A stretch of 64,000 nucleotides of DNA from Blasia pusilla (Eukaryota). The notes beneath the pieces were generated by a model. It saw only the letters and a list, made by a program, of their open reading frames with translations, was not told the DNA's origin and did not search any database. This document shows, piece by piece, positions 52,501 to 64,000 of the stretch (within the stretch, counting starts at the first letter, position 1; each line of letters opens with the position of its first letter). The DNA is taken from assembly GCA_050084515.1 (NCBI GenBank), contig CM114271.1, positions 3,782,001-3,846,000 of the forward strand. The letters are read 5' to 3'. The position numbers were made by a program, and so were the translations under genes.

Positions 52501-55239
52501 TCCTATTACATATTCCTCTTCTCCATAAAAGATTTTTTTCCTTAATTTTCCATTTAATTTTGACCATTCTCTTTTAATTTTTTCAATATTTTTTGTAATT
52601 ATTTTAAAAAAGTTAAAAAATTATGGCCTAATTCATATTTTTATCCTCCATAAAAAAAAAATTTCCTTATTTTCTCATTTATTTTGACTATTCTCTTTTC
52701 ATTTTTTCAATATTTTATATAATTATTTTAAAAATTCTGGCCTACTAAATATTTCTCTTCTCCATATTCTCCCAATCTTACTTCACTTCTCTTCTCAAGT
52801 TTAATTTATAGTTTCGGGGTGTGTCATGTAGATGGCGAGTGTCGATAGATTATTATTGAACATGGAGAGACGACCACTTGGTGTTGTCACAAATACACCA
52901 ATTATGCCACAAATTTCAGGGATCTAAATCAAAGTACCAAAGAATACCTCTCTTATGTAACCACCTTTGTTTTATGCCTTATTTCCATTTCCACAATGAC
53001 ACCTTCCATTCCAATGTTTTCTATGATTATACTTTAAATATGCAATCTCCCCAATTGTTGCACGGTTGTCCTATCCATCAAACCTTACGGATTTGCGTGA
53101 CTTAGGAAGATTGATGCATGCAAAGGCACAACAAAAAAGACGTGCCCATCGCAAGGAAATATTAGCACAACAAACATAAGTTGAAGATGAACCCCTCCCC
53201 GAAACATCTTCAACATAAGTTAATTATTGACAATCATTTACCATGTCCAAATTTACACTACATAATCTCCGCGTTAATTTAATTTTCTTTGTTCTTAAGA
53301 TTCATTTCATGTTCCAGACTTCCCATTCCATCGAATCCTGTCAATGTATGTGATTTCCGAAAGGTTCTATGCAGCAAAACGCAAAAATGAAACCTTGCTA
53401 TTTGTGTTGAGCAGGTGATGGAGCCCATCACCAACGCAAATGCACTCGTCAGGGTCATGGATGCATGCCTCAACCTAGAGGAGGAGATGGTGCTGCACCA
53501 AGAGGTCATTAGTGTGACTATTGTGAGAGGTACGGTCACACACGCGCTAGGTGTTTTAGCTTACACCTTGAGTTACGTCCGAACCGAGGGCCAGAGAGGA
53601 CACCAGAGCAAGTTGCTGGTACGGGTGGGCTAGAGGTCGTGCACCATGTGGTCCTGTTTGGGGACGAGGAGTTGGATTCACCCAAGGGGATGGTGGAGTT
53701 GCTCGTGGAGGAGGTAGAGTCCCACCACCTAGACGCGGTGAGGGAGACGCCAAGCGTGAGGTTGGGATGGCTGCTTAGATATAGCAGCTACAGCAACACA
53801 TTGCCGTTATGGCATTGAGGTTACCCGATGTCGGATCCGTGGCATCAACGTCTTATGGACAAGCCAGAGATATGGAGGGTCCTAGTTGGATGTGCGGGGT
53901 TGCCCAGATGGAGGCCGCCGCAATTATTACACATGGAGCAGCCGCAGAGTTGGATCCACAACGAGGGGAAGCTAGAAAACAGACCAGGCTTCCTCAATCA
54001 TTCACATTGTCTAAGGCGATGATGACTCCATCGATGGGTCCTGATCAGATTTCTTGGAGAGTTGGTGATGTTGTTGGTGTGCAGGCATGGAGGGCAATGA
54101 GAGAAGCGAGTGCGACGACTCCTATTGCTGATGCTCAGGAGGAGCATGTGTCAAGCACGATGGTGGGGGCGGCCATGATGGTGTACCGCCGAGGTCCGCT
54201 GTTTTGTGCTTCCTATGTTATGACGTTAGGAGATATGCCCGCCGAGGTTTTCCGGTTGGCTGCTACGCTAAGTGAGCGTGGAGATGGTACACCTGCATCA
54301 CGCTCAGGGATGATTGCTGAGGAGGTGATGGATCTGCCCTTCGAGCCTATGCTCGGGCTGTCCACGTCAAATTCATGGCAGGCTCCGGCTATTAGGATGG
54401 CGAAGATGCTGGCTAGACCAGCGATAGAGCGTGCCATGGCTTCTCCTAGTGTTGTGTTCTTGGATAATCGGGGAGAGGTCTTCGAGTTGGAGAGTCCAAA
54501 AGGTAGAGTTTTTAGTCCACAGCCTGTCTTGTTGGATTCGGGAGTGCAACCCGTGATGCTGGGGAAAGTGGCATTCAAAGGATTGGGCTTGACGAGAGCC
54601 GATGTGGAGCGTTGTCCATTCCGAATATAGACATCCTTGGGTAGAGCGTACCACAGAGTATATCACCCAACAAGAGGTTGTGGTGAGGATTCGCGTAGGA
54701 CATCCTACATATGAGTCCGTGGTGCACGCCAAGGCGATCGTGAGTGATGCAGAGTCCTACGACGTCTTGGTTGGTGAAGCAGTGTTGTACCCGATGGGTT
54801 TTCCCTGGATTATTGGGAGGAGTCAGTGTCCTACAGACCAGGTTGGCAGTCCCCTCATGGACGAATTTGTTCATTACCCGTTCGATTCACATGTGGAGTG
54901 ATCGAGCGACGGCCAGGAGGGATGGCGACTTTCGAAGCATTTAATAACGCCATCACGTGACCTTCTGATTTGATTGAGGGGCATGTCCATGTAGAGGACA
55001 CCCTTGTGTCTCATACTTCTAGGGAGAGAAGTGTTATGGTAGCCGCATCATTCCGTAAAGGAGAGTTGTCGCTGTGGGGCTCGAGTGAGGAGCTCCTACG
55101 TTTATCTGATGAGCATGTGCAGACGGTGTGGAGTGAGGCGTTTGCACCAAAGTGTGACAAGTGAGAGGAACCCGAGGTAGTCAGAAGTGCTACTATGATC
55201 CCTTTGAACACCACCCTGATTGTATGGTGCATCCTAGAG

Positions 55240-56170
55240 GAGGGTATTTGCGTGTTGGATCTCTTTGGAGGAATCAACACTGGTTTAGTTGTTGTTTTGC
55301 AGCCAAGAGTGCGCGTGCAACAATACCTATACGTTGAGATTGATGATGTTGCAAGGCGCACTTCACTTCACCATGTGGCGTAGTTACGCCTCTACTTTTC
55401 CGACTTGTTTTCTGCCTCCACCATCTAGGGATACTTGAGCTCTCTACCGAGGGACATTTCATTGCTGGGGATGGAGGACTTGGAGGAGGTAGGGACCATA
55501 GATTTGGTCATTGCTGGTTGGTTGTGTGATGGCCAATCGAGTGTTGGACGAGGTAGCGGGTTGGCTGACACTTGATCCATGTTGTTTTGGGAGATGATAT
55601 GGATCTTGCGACACTTGCAGGAACATCAGTCCCATTCTCCAACATACATTCTGGAGAATGTGCCAATTTTGGGCGATTCGAGGTCCCGCGTGGTGACAAG
55701 TGCACATTAGGTGCCTGCATGGATTGGCCCGGAAGTGTTGTTGGATGCAACGAGTGTAGGTTCATGGGCACATCGCCCACGCCTTTGGTGGACCAACTTG
55801 GTGGCACGTGAGGTTTTGCGGAGGGCATATGCGAGAGTGGAGCGCCCCTCCCATTTTTTGGTGGATTCTATTCTGGATCCAGGTTGTCAATCACAGGAAA
55901 TACGACACGATCATTGACCCCCATTGACTATGGTCAAGTGGATAATCATTCCACGAGCAGCCTTTCTCAAATTGGTGAGTTTTCTTGCTTCCTATGCATT
56001 CAAGGAGCCCGAACCAGGCTTAGTTTGGGATGACCAAGTACAACGATTGGTGGAGCCCAATGCCGATGAGTGAGAGCAAGCGATGGGATTCCCCACAGGA
56101 GTGATCGTAGTACCATCACTATCAGAGGCATTAGGACGTCATGTCTTGGGTTAGACGATGGACCTGAACT
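55240..56170 (+). pseudogene. C5 cytosine methyltransferase domain of copy 2, degenerate
   Basis: VLDLFGGI, YVEID, IAGWLCDG (PCQ decayed, Cys kept), ILENV, AHRPRLWWTNL, E*EQAMGF, RHVLG*TMDL; same frame as the downstream RT ORFs. Confidence 0.9.
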
Positions 56171-59100
56171 ACTGGACATGGATTTTCAGCTTAGGAGTAG
56201 TTGAGCCACGTCGTTTGACGATGCGATGGATCACAACTGTTGCGTTGGTGAGCCCCATGCTTATCGAGACTGTTGAGGCACTGGCTGGGGGCGAGACCCG
56301 ACGAGATCGACACACTAGGGGTGATTGGGAGATATACCCTTGGACTTATTAGGATGTTTTGTAGGTATGCCAAGAGATGATAGCAACATCATCGAGCGTG
56401 GTTTTAGGTACTACACGTGGAGGAGATCAAAGTTTGTAGTTGGCTGAAGGAGAGCATGGGTGCTCTATTGTCCAAGGCGGGGTTGCACCATAGCAACCAC
56501 CAACACCAGCGCCGCAGAGTCTTATCGTAGTCACGATGGAGACTTGGGAGCCAGATATGGGCCTTAAGTTGATGGGACGAGAGCGGCGCCAGATAGATCA
56601 ATTTCTGAGGAGTTATATGAATTTTTTTGCATTTAGCATGCATGATTTGGGTACACTAAAGGGTCCCGGCATCCACATTGAGTTGTTGAGCGACACGCCA
56701 ATCTTTTGACGACCCTACAGGTATAGTGACGTGGAGAGGGCTCTGATTGAGAGTAGGAGCCGAGACTTGGTTGGAGGAGGACTAGTGGAGATGTTGCATG
56801 GAGAGTATACATCTGCTACTGTCATGCCCGCCAAGAAGAATATGCATGGCAACTGGACAGATAGGCGGATGTGTGTAGATTATCGACCTATCAATCGACA
56901 CACAAATTCTAATAGGTATGGCATGCCCACCCCTGAGGAGATCTTTGATGCTATTGGGCATGCAAAGGTCTTCAATTCACTAGATCTTTGAGTTGGATAC
57001 CATCAGCTGCCTATCAGATTGGAGGATAGGCAGAAGACAATATTTTGGGGCATCGATCCTCACGGGAAGGATTGGTGGTTCTTACCATTTGGGTTAAAGA
57101 ATGTCCAAGGTGAGTTTCAGAGGGTCATTGATAGGATCTTGGCAGGTCTGGATTTTGCTAGGTGTTATATTGATGAGATCGTAGTCTTTAGCGCCACGAT
57201 TGAGGAGCATGAGTGACATCTAGGGGAGGTGTTTCGACGATTGCAGTTACATGAGTTGAAGCTACATCCACGCAAGTGCAAGTTCTTCTACCTACATATT
57301 GAGTACCTGGGTCATACAATATACCCAAGTGGCCTTAGTGTGCAACACACAAAGGTAGAGGCTATTTCAGGCATTCCACGCCCTACAGATGTGAGTCGAG
57401 TTCGTGCATTCATGGGATTGGCGAACTTCTATTGACGGTATATCAAGGGTTTCAATTTGATTGCAAAGCTGCTAACCTTGCTGACCAAGATGGATCAAGA
57501 GTGGTACTTGGGGAATAAGTAGGAGAGAGCATTTCAGCTCAAGGAAAATTTGACGTTTGCATCCATATTGAGAAGACCAATCAGGGGGCGTCCTTTCCAG
57601 TTGCATACTGATTGGAGCATGTTGGGGTTGGAGCCGTGCTCATCCAACATGACGATGATGGTAGAGAGTTTGTGGTGGCTTATGCTAGTTTCTCAAAAAA
57701 TGCTGGAGAGGCAAAGTATAGCTCGTATGAGGGTGAGTGCTTGGCTGCAGTGTGGGCTGTCGCACATTTCAGGTGTTATCTATTCGGCAACCCCTTTACC
57801 ATCAATACTGATCATCAGCCACTTAAGTGGTTGATGGAGTCCGACAAGCTTACAAGGAAGCTTGCAAGGTGGGCTCTTTTGTTGCAGGACTATGACTTCC
57901 AAGTGGTGCAAAGACATGGGATGCTCAACCAGGATGCACATGATTTGAGTCGTAACCCATGTCTGAATCAGTGAGATGCGACTGGAGCTTGTTCACATAG
58001 TGAGAGTGATGAGGAGTTGGTGCCAAGATGGCATGCGTCAGCCTAGTTGGGCTTGTTGGCTATGGAGAGCCAGATTGCGGAGTCTTCCATGGCGAGGTCT
58101 GATGGAGAGTCCTTAGATCCAGAGATTGGTGAGGAGACAAAAAATGGCCGAGATATTGATGATGATGGAGTAGTCTTGGAGTACCTATGTACTAGCAGTG
58201 TCGCGAGCACAATGGATGCTAGAGAGCGGGATCAGATCCTACAGCAAGCCAAACGGTTATGGTGGGAGGGGACCCATGTGTTGCGAGTTTGGGAGGATGG
58301 TAGAGTATGTATAGTGCCTCATCCTTCATAGAGAACGTGTTTGGTGCAAGGATTTGGGTCATTTTGGAGTGAATTGGACGTACAGCTTGCTCTAGATATA
58401 GTATTAGTGGTGAGGCATGTAGACTGACATTCAACAATTTATTGCCAGGTTTATGGTTTGTGATCGGGTTCAGGCATCGTTCAATGCTTCAACTTCACAG
58501 TTGCATCCACTTCTGATCATAGGTTTAGGTTATAGATGGAGTTTGGATTTTTCATGACCTTTACATTTGATGGAGGGCCATACTCGTTATGTGTTGCTGA
58601 TGGTCGAGCACTTCTTGAAGTGGATAGAGTTGGTTGTATTTCTTGACAAAGCGAGTGAAGGAGTAGCGTATGCCTTCCTAGATCAAATGCTAAGTCATTA
58701 CGTGCACCAGTTGAGGTATTGACAGACCAGGCTACGAAGTTTTGCGGGGAGTTTCAAGCCTTGTGTGATTAGACGCTGATCAACCACCCCACCACTTCGC
58801 GAGATCATCCAAAGGCGGATGGACTAGCGGAGAGGGTTGTGCAGACAGTGAAGAGAGGATTGCGCAAGTATGGCTTGCTGAGAGGTCAACTAGGAGATTG
58901 GGACCTTCAGTTGCCGTGGTTGGTGATGGGATACAGATTCAGCATGCAAGCATCCTTAGCGTCTTTCTCACCATACTTGCTACTTTATGGTCAAGAGCCA
59001 GATTTACCTGTGGCTATTCGTCGAGATATTGGTGAGGTGTTGAACCTTGATGAACCTGATGTATGTATGTGAGCATGTTCTCACAGGGTTGAGTTATTTT

Positions 59101-59382
59101 GGAGAGTGATGCCCATGGCGTTTGAGAACTTGGCGATTGCACAATATCGGGATACGTTGAGGTATGCGACTATTCGGGAAGGTGGTTATCGACCTACTAT
59201 CCGGAGGTTCCATAAGGGAGACTATGTCTACTTGCAGCAGACGGCAAGAGGGCGACTAACAATGGGACCACATGAGCACCCGGAATTTTTGCTCTTAGCG
59301 TCTGAGAGATGTAGGTCATGATAGGTAGGGATAGATGGCTATCTGGAATTAGAGGGACCTAACCATCGACAAGGAGGCAATC

Positions 59383-60167
59383 GGAGATATTTTGGTACTT
59401 CTCGCCTCTATGTTTGGGTGCCATGAGTTAGCATGGGATCGTGCATGTGTATGTGTGTGTTCGATGAGAGCGATGTATGTTGTGTAGCGATGTGTATGCG
59501 CACGACAACTGTCACGTCTTTTAGGATAGATCAGTCAGATCTAGTAGAGCGCCTTTGCAAGTAGTAGAGGACATGCTTAGGAGGTTGAGGATTGCCTATA
59601 GAGGCCCCAGGAAACTTGAGAGAGTAGGTTTCCCTTTCATTTCGGCTCATTTGGAACCATATTGAAAAACTTAATATTTGGGTAAATATCATTTTGGATA
59701 AATGCCATTTTGAATATATGATCAACTTTCTATTTTGGTAAGTGGCCCCTGATCTCCTATATCAAGTCAAGAGCCAATGAGGTGACTTGGGAGCATATGT
59801 TACCATGGAGAGAGCTTGGGGAAGGGGAGGGGTATACCTCAAGGAGGGAGAGCTTGAGAGCTCATTCTCTCTTTGTTGAACCTCTTGGCAGAAGGCATCG
59901 GAGCTATGGTCCCTTGTCTTGTGAGTTTAATCCAAGCCTCTCATTAGGAGAGTGGGTTTGGCTTGACACTGAGAGAGATATATGAGAGAGCGTACATGTG
60001 AGAGCTATGGTGTTGTGAGAGAGATTTGACCTTATTTTAATTGGAGATATTTTGGTACTTCTCGCCTCTATGTTTGGGTGCCATGAGTAAGCATAGGATC
60101 GTGCGTGTTTGTGTGTGTGTTTGGTGACAGCGATTTATCTTGTGTAACGATGTATATGCGCAAGACA
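59383..60167 (+). repeat. 3' terminal repeat complex of copy 2: A(59383-59507)-ac-B(59510-60042)-A(60043-60167)
   Basis: A 125-bp A block is repeated at a 660-bp offset; the junction cgcacgaca-ac-tgtcac is identical to that of copy 1. Confidence 0.92.
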
Positions 60168-60267
60168 AAGGAGTCAATTCTTGGTTCCACCAAGAAATAA
60201 ATAAAAATAAAATATAATTATCCCAATTATTACAACTTCTAATTTTCTTCCCCTTTTTGTTTGTAGT

Positions 60268-61428
60268 TTATCAATCAATAGTGCTGGAGGGCGCTTAGTC
60301 CGTGATGCGATGCTCATTATATGGGACGAAGTACCTATGGCTCATCGTCATGTATTTGAGGTTGTGAATCAAACTTTACAAGATATTATGGGAGTTGTTT
60401 CTTATGATCTACCAGAAATATCATTTGGTGGAAAACTTATGGTATTTGGTGGTGATTTTCGTCAAATGTTGCGTGTTATTCATTATGGGGATCGGCCGAA
60501 ATTCACCAAAGCCACCATAAAGAGGTCATCTCTTTGGTCTAATGTAAAGTTCATGAAGTTGAAAATAAACATGCAAGTTCAAAGGTTGGAAGGTCATTTG
60601 CAAGATGAACAACAAGTTTTTGTTGATTAGTTATTGGAATTGGGAGAGGGTTATGTACCTTTGCACCCTCACATGGGAGAATACTTTATACAATTATCAT
60701 CTGAAATTATAACTAATCTTAATAAGATATGTGATCTTATTGATTTGATATGTGGAAATTTTCCTAGCCGATTCCATTACATTGATTTCTTAAGAGATAT
60801 GGCTATTTTGACTCCAAGAAATAAAGATGTTGACAACACAAATATAAACATGATGTCTCGGTTTCTTGGAGAGGTAATCCTTTTTATCCGTACAAATATT
60901 TTTTCTTATGGAAACTTTATATTTGGGAAGTTTTGATACTAATATTACTTTTTCTCACCAATTTATTACATGTTGTTTATAGGAGCACGTTTACCTCAAC
61001 ATCGACTCTATTCCGAATGAGGGGATGAGTCATATCTATCCAACTAAATTTTTGAATATATGCTTGCCTTCTGGACTTCCTCCGCATCGTTTGTGTTTGA
61101 AGATTGGTGCACCAATCATGCTCTTATGAAACATGAATGGATCACATAGACAAGCAAATGGGGAACAAGATTGGCGATTCGTGGATTTATGCAACATTGC
61201 ATCGATACTAAAATTATCACATGTAAGAACATTGGAGATCAAGTTTTTATTTCACATATCCCATTAATTGCATCAAATTCTAATTTTTTATTTCATTTAC
61301 ATAGGTTTCAATTCCCTATTTGACCGACTTTTGCTATGACTATTAATAAATCTCAAGGTCAAACTTTGCAAAAAGTTAGCATTTATTTGTCTAATCATGT
61401 ACTTTCTCATGGTCGATTATGCGTAGCC
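60268..61428 (+). mobile_element. Helitron-type PIF1 helicase remnant with introns
   Basis: LIIWDEVPMAHR, FGGKLMVFGGDFRQ, L.INM.V, AILTPRNKDVD, SGLPPHRLCLKIGAPIML, QFPI*PTFAMTINKSQGQTL, SHG.L.VA; intron-like gt...ag at about 60874-60982. Confidence 0.88.
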
Positions 61429-61429
61429 A

Positions 61430-63379
61430 CAAATCGGAAGATGGAGTGACTAGCCATAAACTAGAATGTGGACTGATCAACCAAGACTGATGACTAACTC
61501 AAAGGGGAACTGATCGAAGAATATAGGGACAAAGGGATCTGCCCTGCCCGGCTCGACTGAAGAGCAAGGAGATTCGGGTCGGGGCGGTAATGGAATAGCG
61601 GCAGAAAATCGAGAGGTGGACCGACCAGCCAGAATACACGACTAACTCGAAGGGGAACTCACCAAAGAATATAGGGACCTATAAGGCCACCCCGCTGAAC
61701 CCGATCGAAGAATAAGGAGAGTTGGGTTAGGGCGGAAATGGAGTATGATTGACTCGAGATAATAGTACCCAAGAAGGGGAAAGCCTAAAGTGGTGAGCCT
61801 TGAAATGGACTAAGGCCTAAGGAGGGTACTTAAGGAAAGAAAAGGAGAAATTAGAAGAAGAAGGATTAACCGGAAAGTGACAAAGAGAAGGAGTAGGAGC
61901 AAAACCTGGCGAGGTGGCCATACCCGAACAGGGACACCATCAAGAGTTCCTACCACAAGTGAAAGAGAGTGCACTAGACAAGATGCCGCGGTGCATGATA
62001 GCCAGATACTTAGATACGCGTAAAAAAATCAGGAGTGTGATGTGTTGGGGGCAACGAGACAATCAAAACGACAAGACAAGCTTGGAGAGAACTAGACGCA
62101 CATGTAGCCCCCGGGAGAGGACAACAAAGACCATTTGCCAAGACAAAGAAGTGATCGAGAGACAGCACCCGGACTTTGTTCCAAGTCTTCATTTGGAAGG
62201 ATCACCTAATTGAGGGGACCAAGTGGTTGGTGAAGATCTTTAAGCACGTCTGCCCAACACACACACAAGGACCCGAGCCAAGGAATCGCCTTAACAACCA
62301 AGTAAGTACTAACCTTACAAAGAATCTTGAGATAATCCAAGTGAATGTTAGAGGCATAAGACTCAAAGGGGCGATGATCGGTGCATGGGGACAAACGAAC
62401 GAGTGGGATATCATGGGGATCTTGGAAACCCTAGCCACCATATTCTCAATAAAAGGATACGAGGTAGTACAAGCACCACGTTCAAGAAGACTAGGAGAAT
62501 TAGGAGTAGCAATGTCCATGCAACGTGGATTGCAAGTAAGAACGATTGAGATTGATCTGTGTTTCATCCTTGTAATGTTGAGGTTGGGGCGGCAAGAAGG
62601 CAACGCATGGGTCATTGGAACAGTATATTTACAAGGGTGTCGCGCACAAGACCAAGCAAGGTAGAAAGCAACGGAACGCCTACGTCAGGAAATGGAAAAA
62701 GTGTTTGCTAACTTTTCGAGTTGACATGTCATAATAGTGGATGATTTCAATAAAAAGGCCGCCATGGCTCCATCCTTGAGTTTGAATCTCCATGAGCACC
62801 TACGATTTATCCCGGCGGCGGGGGACCCAAGATCAAAATACAAATGGACACAAAAAATGGCTCAACACATTGCCAATGCTGGAACCATACTTGACGTTAG
62901 ATATTGTCATAGCCTTAGCGATCCCCGTCCTTCTCCCCCCACCCCCTGAAGGTGCTCCATGAGGTTGAAATAAGTCCAAATCATGGACCAATATGGGTGG
63001 AAGTCAAAGAAACGACCCACCCCCAACCTCAAGCATAATGGGCATTCAGGGTAAATGGAGACCAACTCAAGAAGGTGGATCCACTCAAGTTCCTGGCGGA
63101 TAGACAATGGAGGCAGATCATGAGCATGGAATAGATCGAATATGAGGAACTAATGCAAATAATGAGGAATATTACTAAGAGTTGGTGCCTTACGGAGAAC
63201 CTAAAGGAAATAAAGAGGGAGAGACAAGAGAAGCACCAAAGAAACCTCATACAGAAAGTGGAGCGCCTCAGGGAAAGCTCGAGATTTACAAGCGAGAGTG
63301 GGTGCACAGAGAATGACAGAGGAGAGGATCGCTGAAATTATGAGGGATCTGAAACGCACAATCCACGCCAAGAACAAGG
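61430..63379 (+). mobile_element. Decayed LINE 5' part (repeat-containing 5' UTR, ORF1 remnant, APE endonuclease), interrupted by copy 3
   Basis: IIQVNVRG, DIMGILET, GVA, IGTVY and DDFN motifs of the EEP/APE fold at about 62330-62760. There is a 148-bp-period direct repeat gactaactc.aaggggaact...aagaatatagggac at 61492 and 61640. Confidence 0.7.
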
Positions 63380-64000
63380 TGTCGTGCGCATACACATCGC
63401 TACACAACATACATCGTTGTCATCAAACATACACATAAACACACACGATCCCATGCTAACTCATGTCATCCATACACATAGGCGAGAAGTACCAAAATAT
63501 CTCCAATAAAGTAAGATCCAATCTCTCTCTACATCATCTCACACTATAGCTCTCAAAGGTGTGCACTCTCTCTCATGTCAAACCAAACGCACTCTCCTAA
63601 TGAGAGGCTTGGGTTACACTCACAAGGCAAGGGACCATAGCTCCGCCGTCTCATGTCAAGAGGTTCAACAAAGAGAGAATGAGCTCTCAAGCTTTCTCTC
63701 CTTGAGGTATACCCCTCCCCTCTCCCAAGCTCTCTCCATGGTAACCTATGCTTCCAAGTCACCTCCTTGGCTCTTGACCTGATGTAGGAGGTCAAGGGCC
63801 ACTTACCAAAAATAGAAAGTCAACAATCCCCAATATGGAAACTTACCCGAAATAGTAAGTTTATCTATATGGCTCCAAATGAGCCGAAACGAAGGGGAAA
63901 CCTGCTCTCTTAGGTTTCTCAGGGCCTCAACAGGTCATTCTCAACCTCCTAGGCGTGTCCTCCACTACTCGTGAAGACGCTCTGCTAGATCCCACCGATT
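63380..64000 (-). mobile_element. Terminal B-A repeat of a third copy (copy-2 subfamily) on the minus strand, continuing beyond the window
   Basis: 63380-63504 is the reverse complement of block A ending CGCACGACA; 63505-64000 is the reverse complement of block B (about 59530-60042). Confidence 0.92.

Larger units (their letters stand above)
53415..60167 (+). mobile_element. Ty3/Gypsy-type DNMT-carrying retrotransposon, copy 2 (diverged subfamily); 5'-truncated, many stops, PHD region missing
   Basis: CCHC knuckle at about 53514, LLDSGV protease at about 54530, C5-MTase 55240-56170, RT 56650-57420 (YIDE), RNase H to about 57960, integrase about 58300-59240, 3' A-ac-B-A repeats. Confidence 0.93.

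Overview
Eukaryotic, intron-rich plant genomic DNA. A non-seed land plant, probably a bryophyte, is inferred from the gene and TE content and is not proven. A central gene island (about 12.8-41.7 kb) holds a tRNA-Asn(GTT), a multi-exon coiled-coil protein gene (+), an HDHD3-like HAD hydrolase (-), a small single-exon membrane protein ORF (-) and a choline transporter-like CTL1/SLC44 gene (-). Both flanks are TE-rich. The main result is a family of Ty3/Gypsy-type retroelements seen three times: 1-9261, about 53415-60167, and a terminal piece at 63380-64000 on the minus strand. They show three unusual properties. (i) A DNMT3/DRM-like C5 cytosine methyltransferase domain sits in the pol frame between protease and RT. 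(ii) A PHD finger ends the integrase. (iii) Instead of two ordinary LTRs, copy 1 has a split-direct-repeat layout, B...internal...A-ac-B-A, and copy 2 has the same 3' end. Their conserved GACA-ac-TGTC junction looks like a joined pair of integrase att ends. The two coding copies are decayed. The window also contains RTE-X-like LINE fragments in (GA)n microsatellites, a Helitron PIF1 remnant, an APE-type LINE remnant and several tandem repeats. All calls were made by eye; no searches were run.
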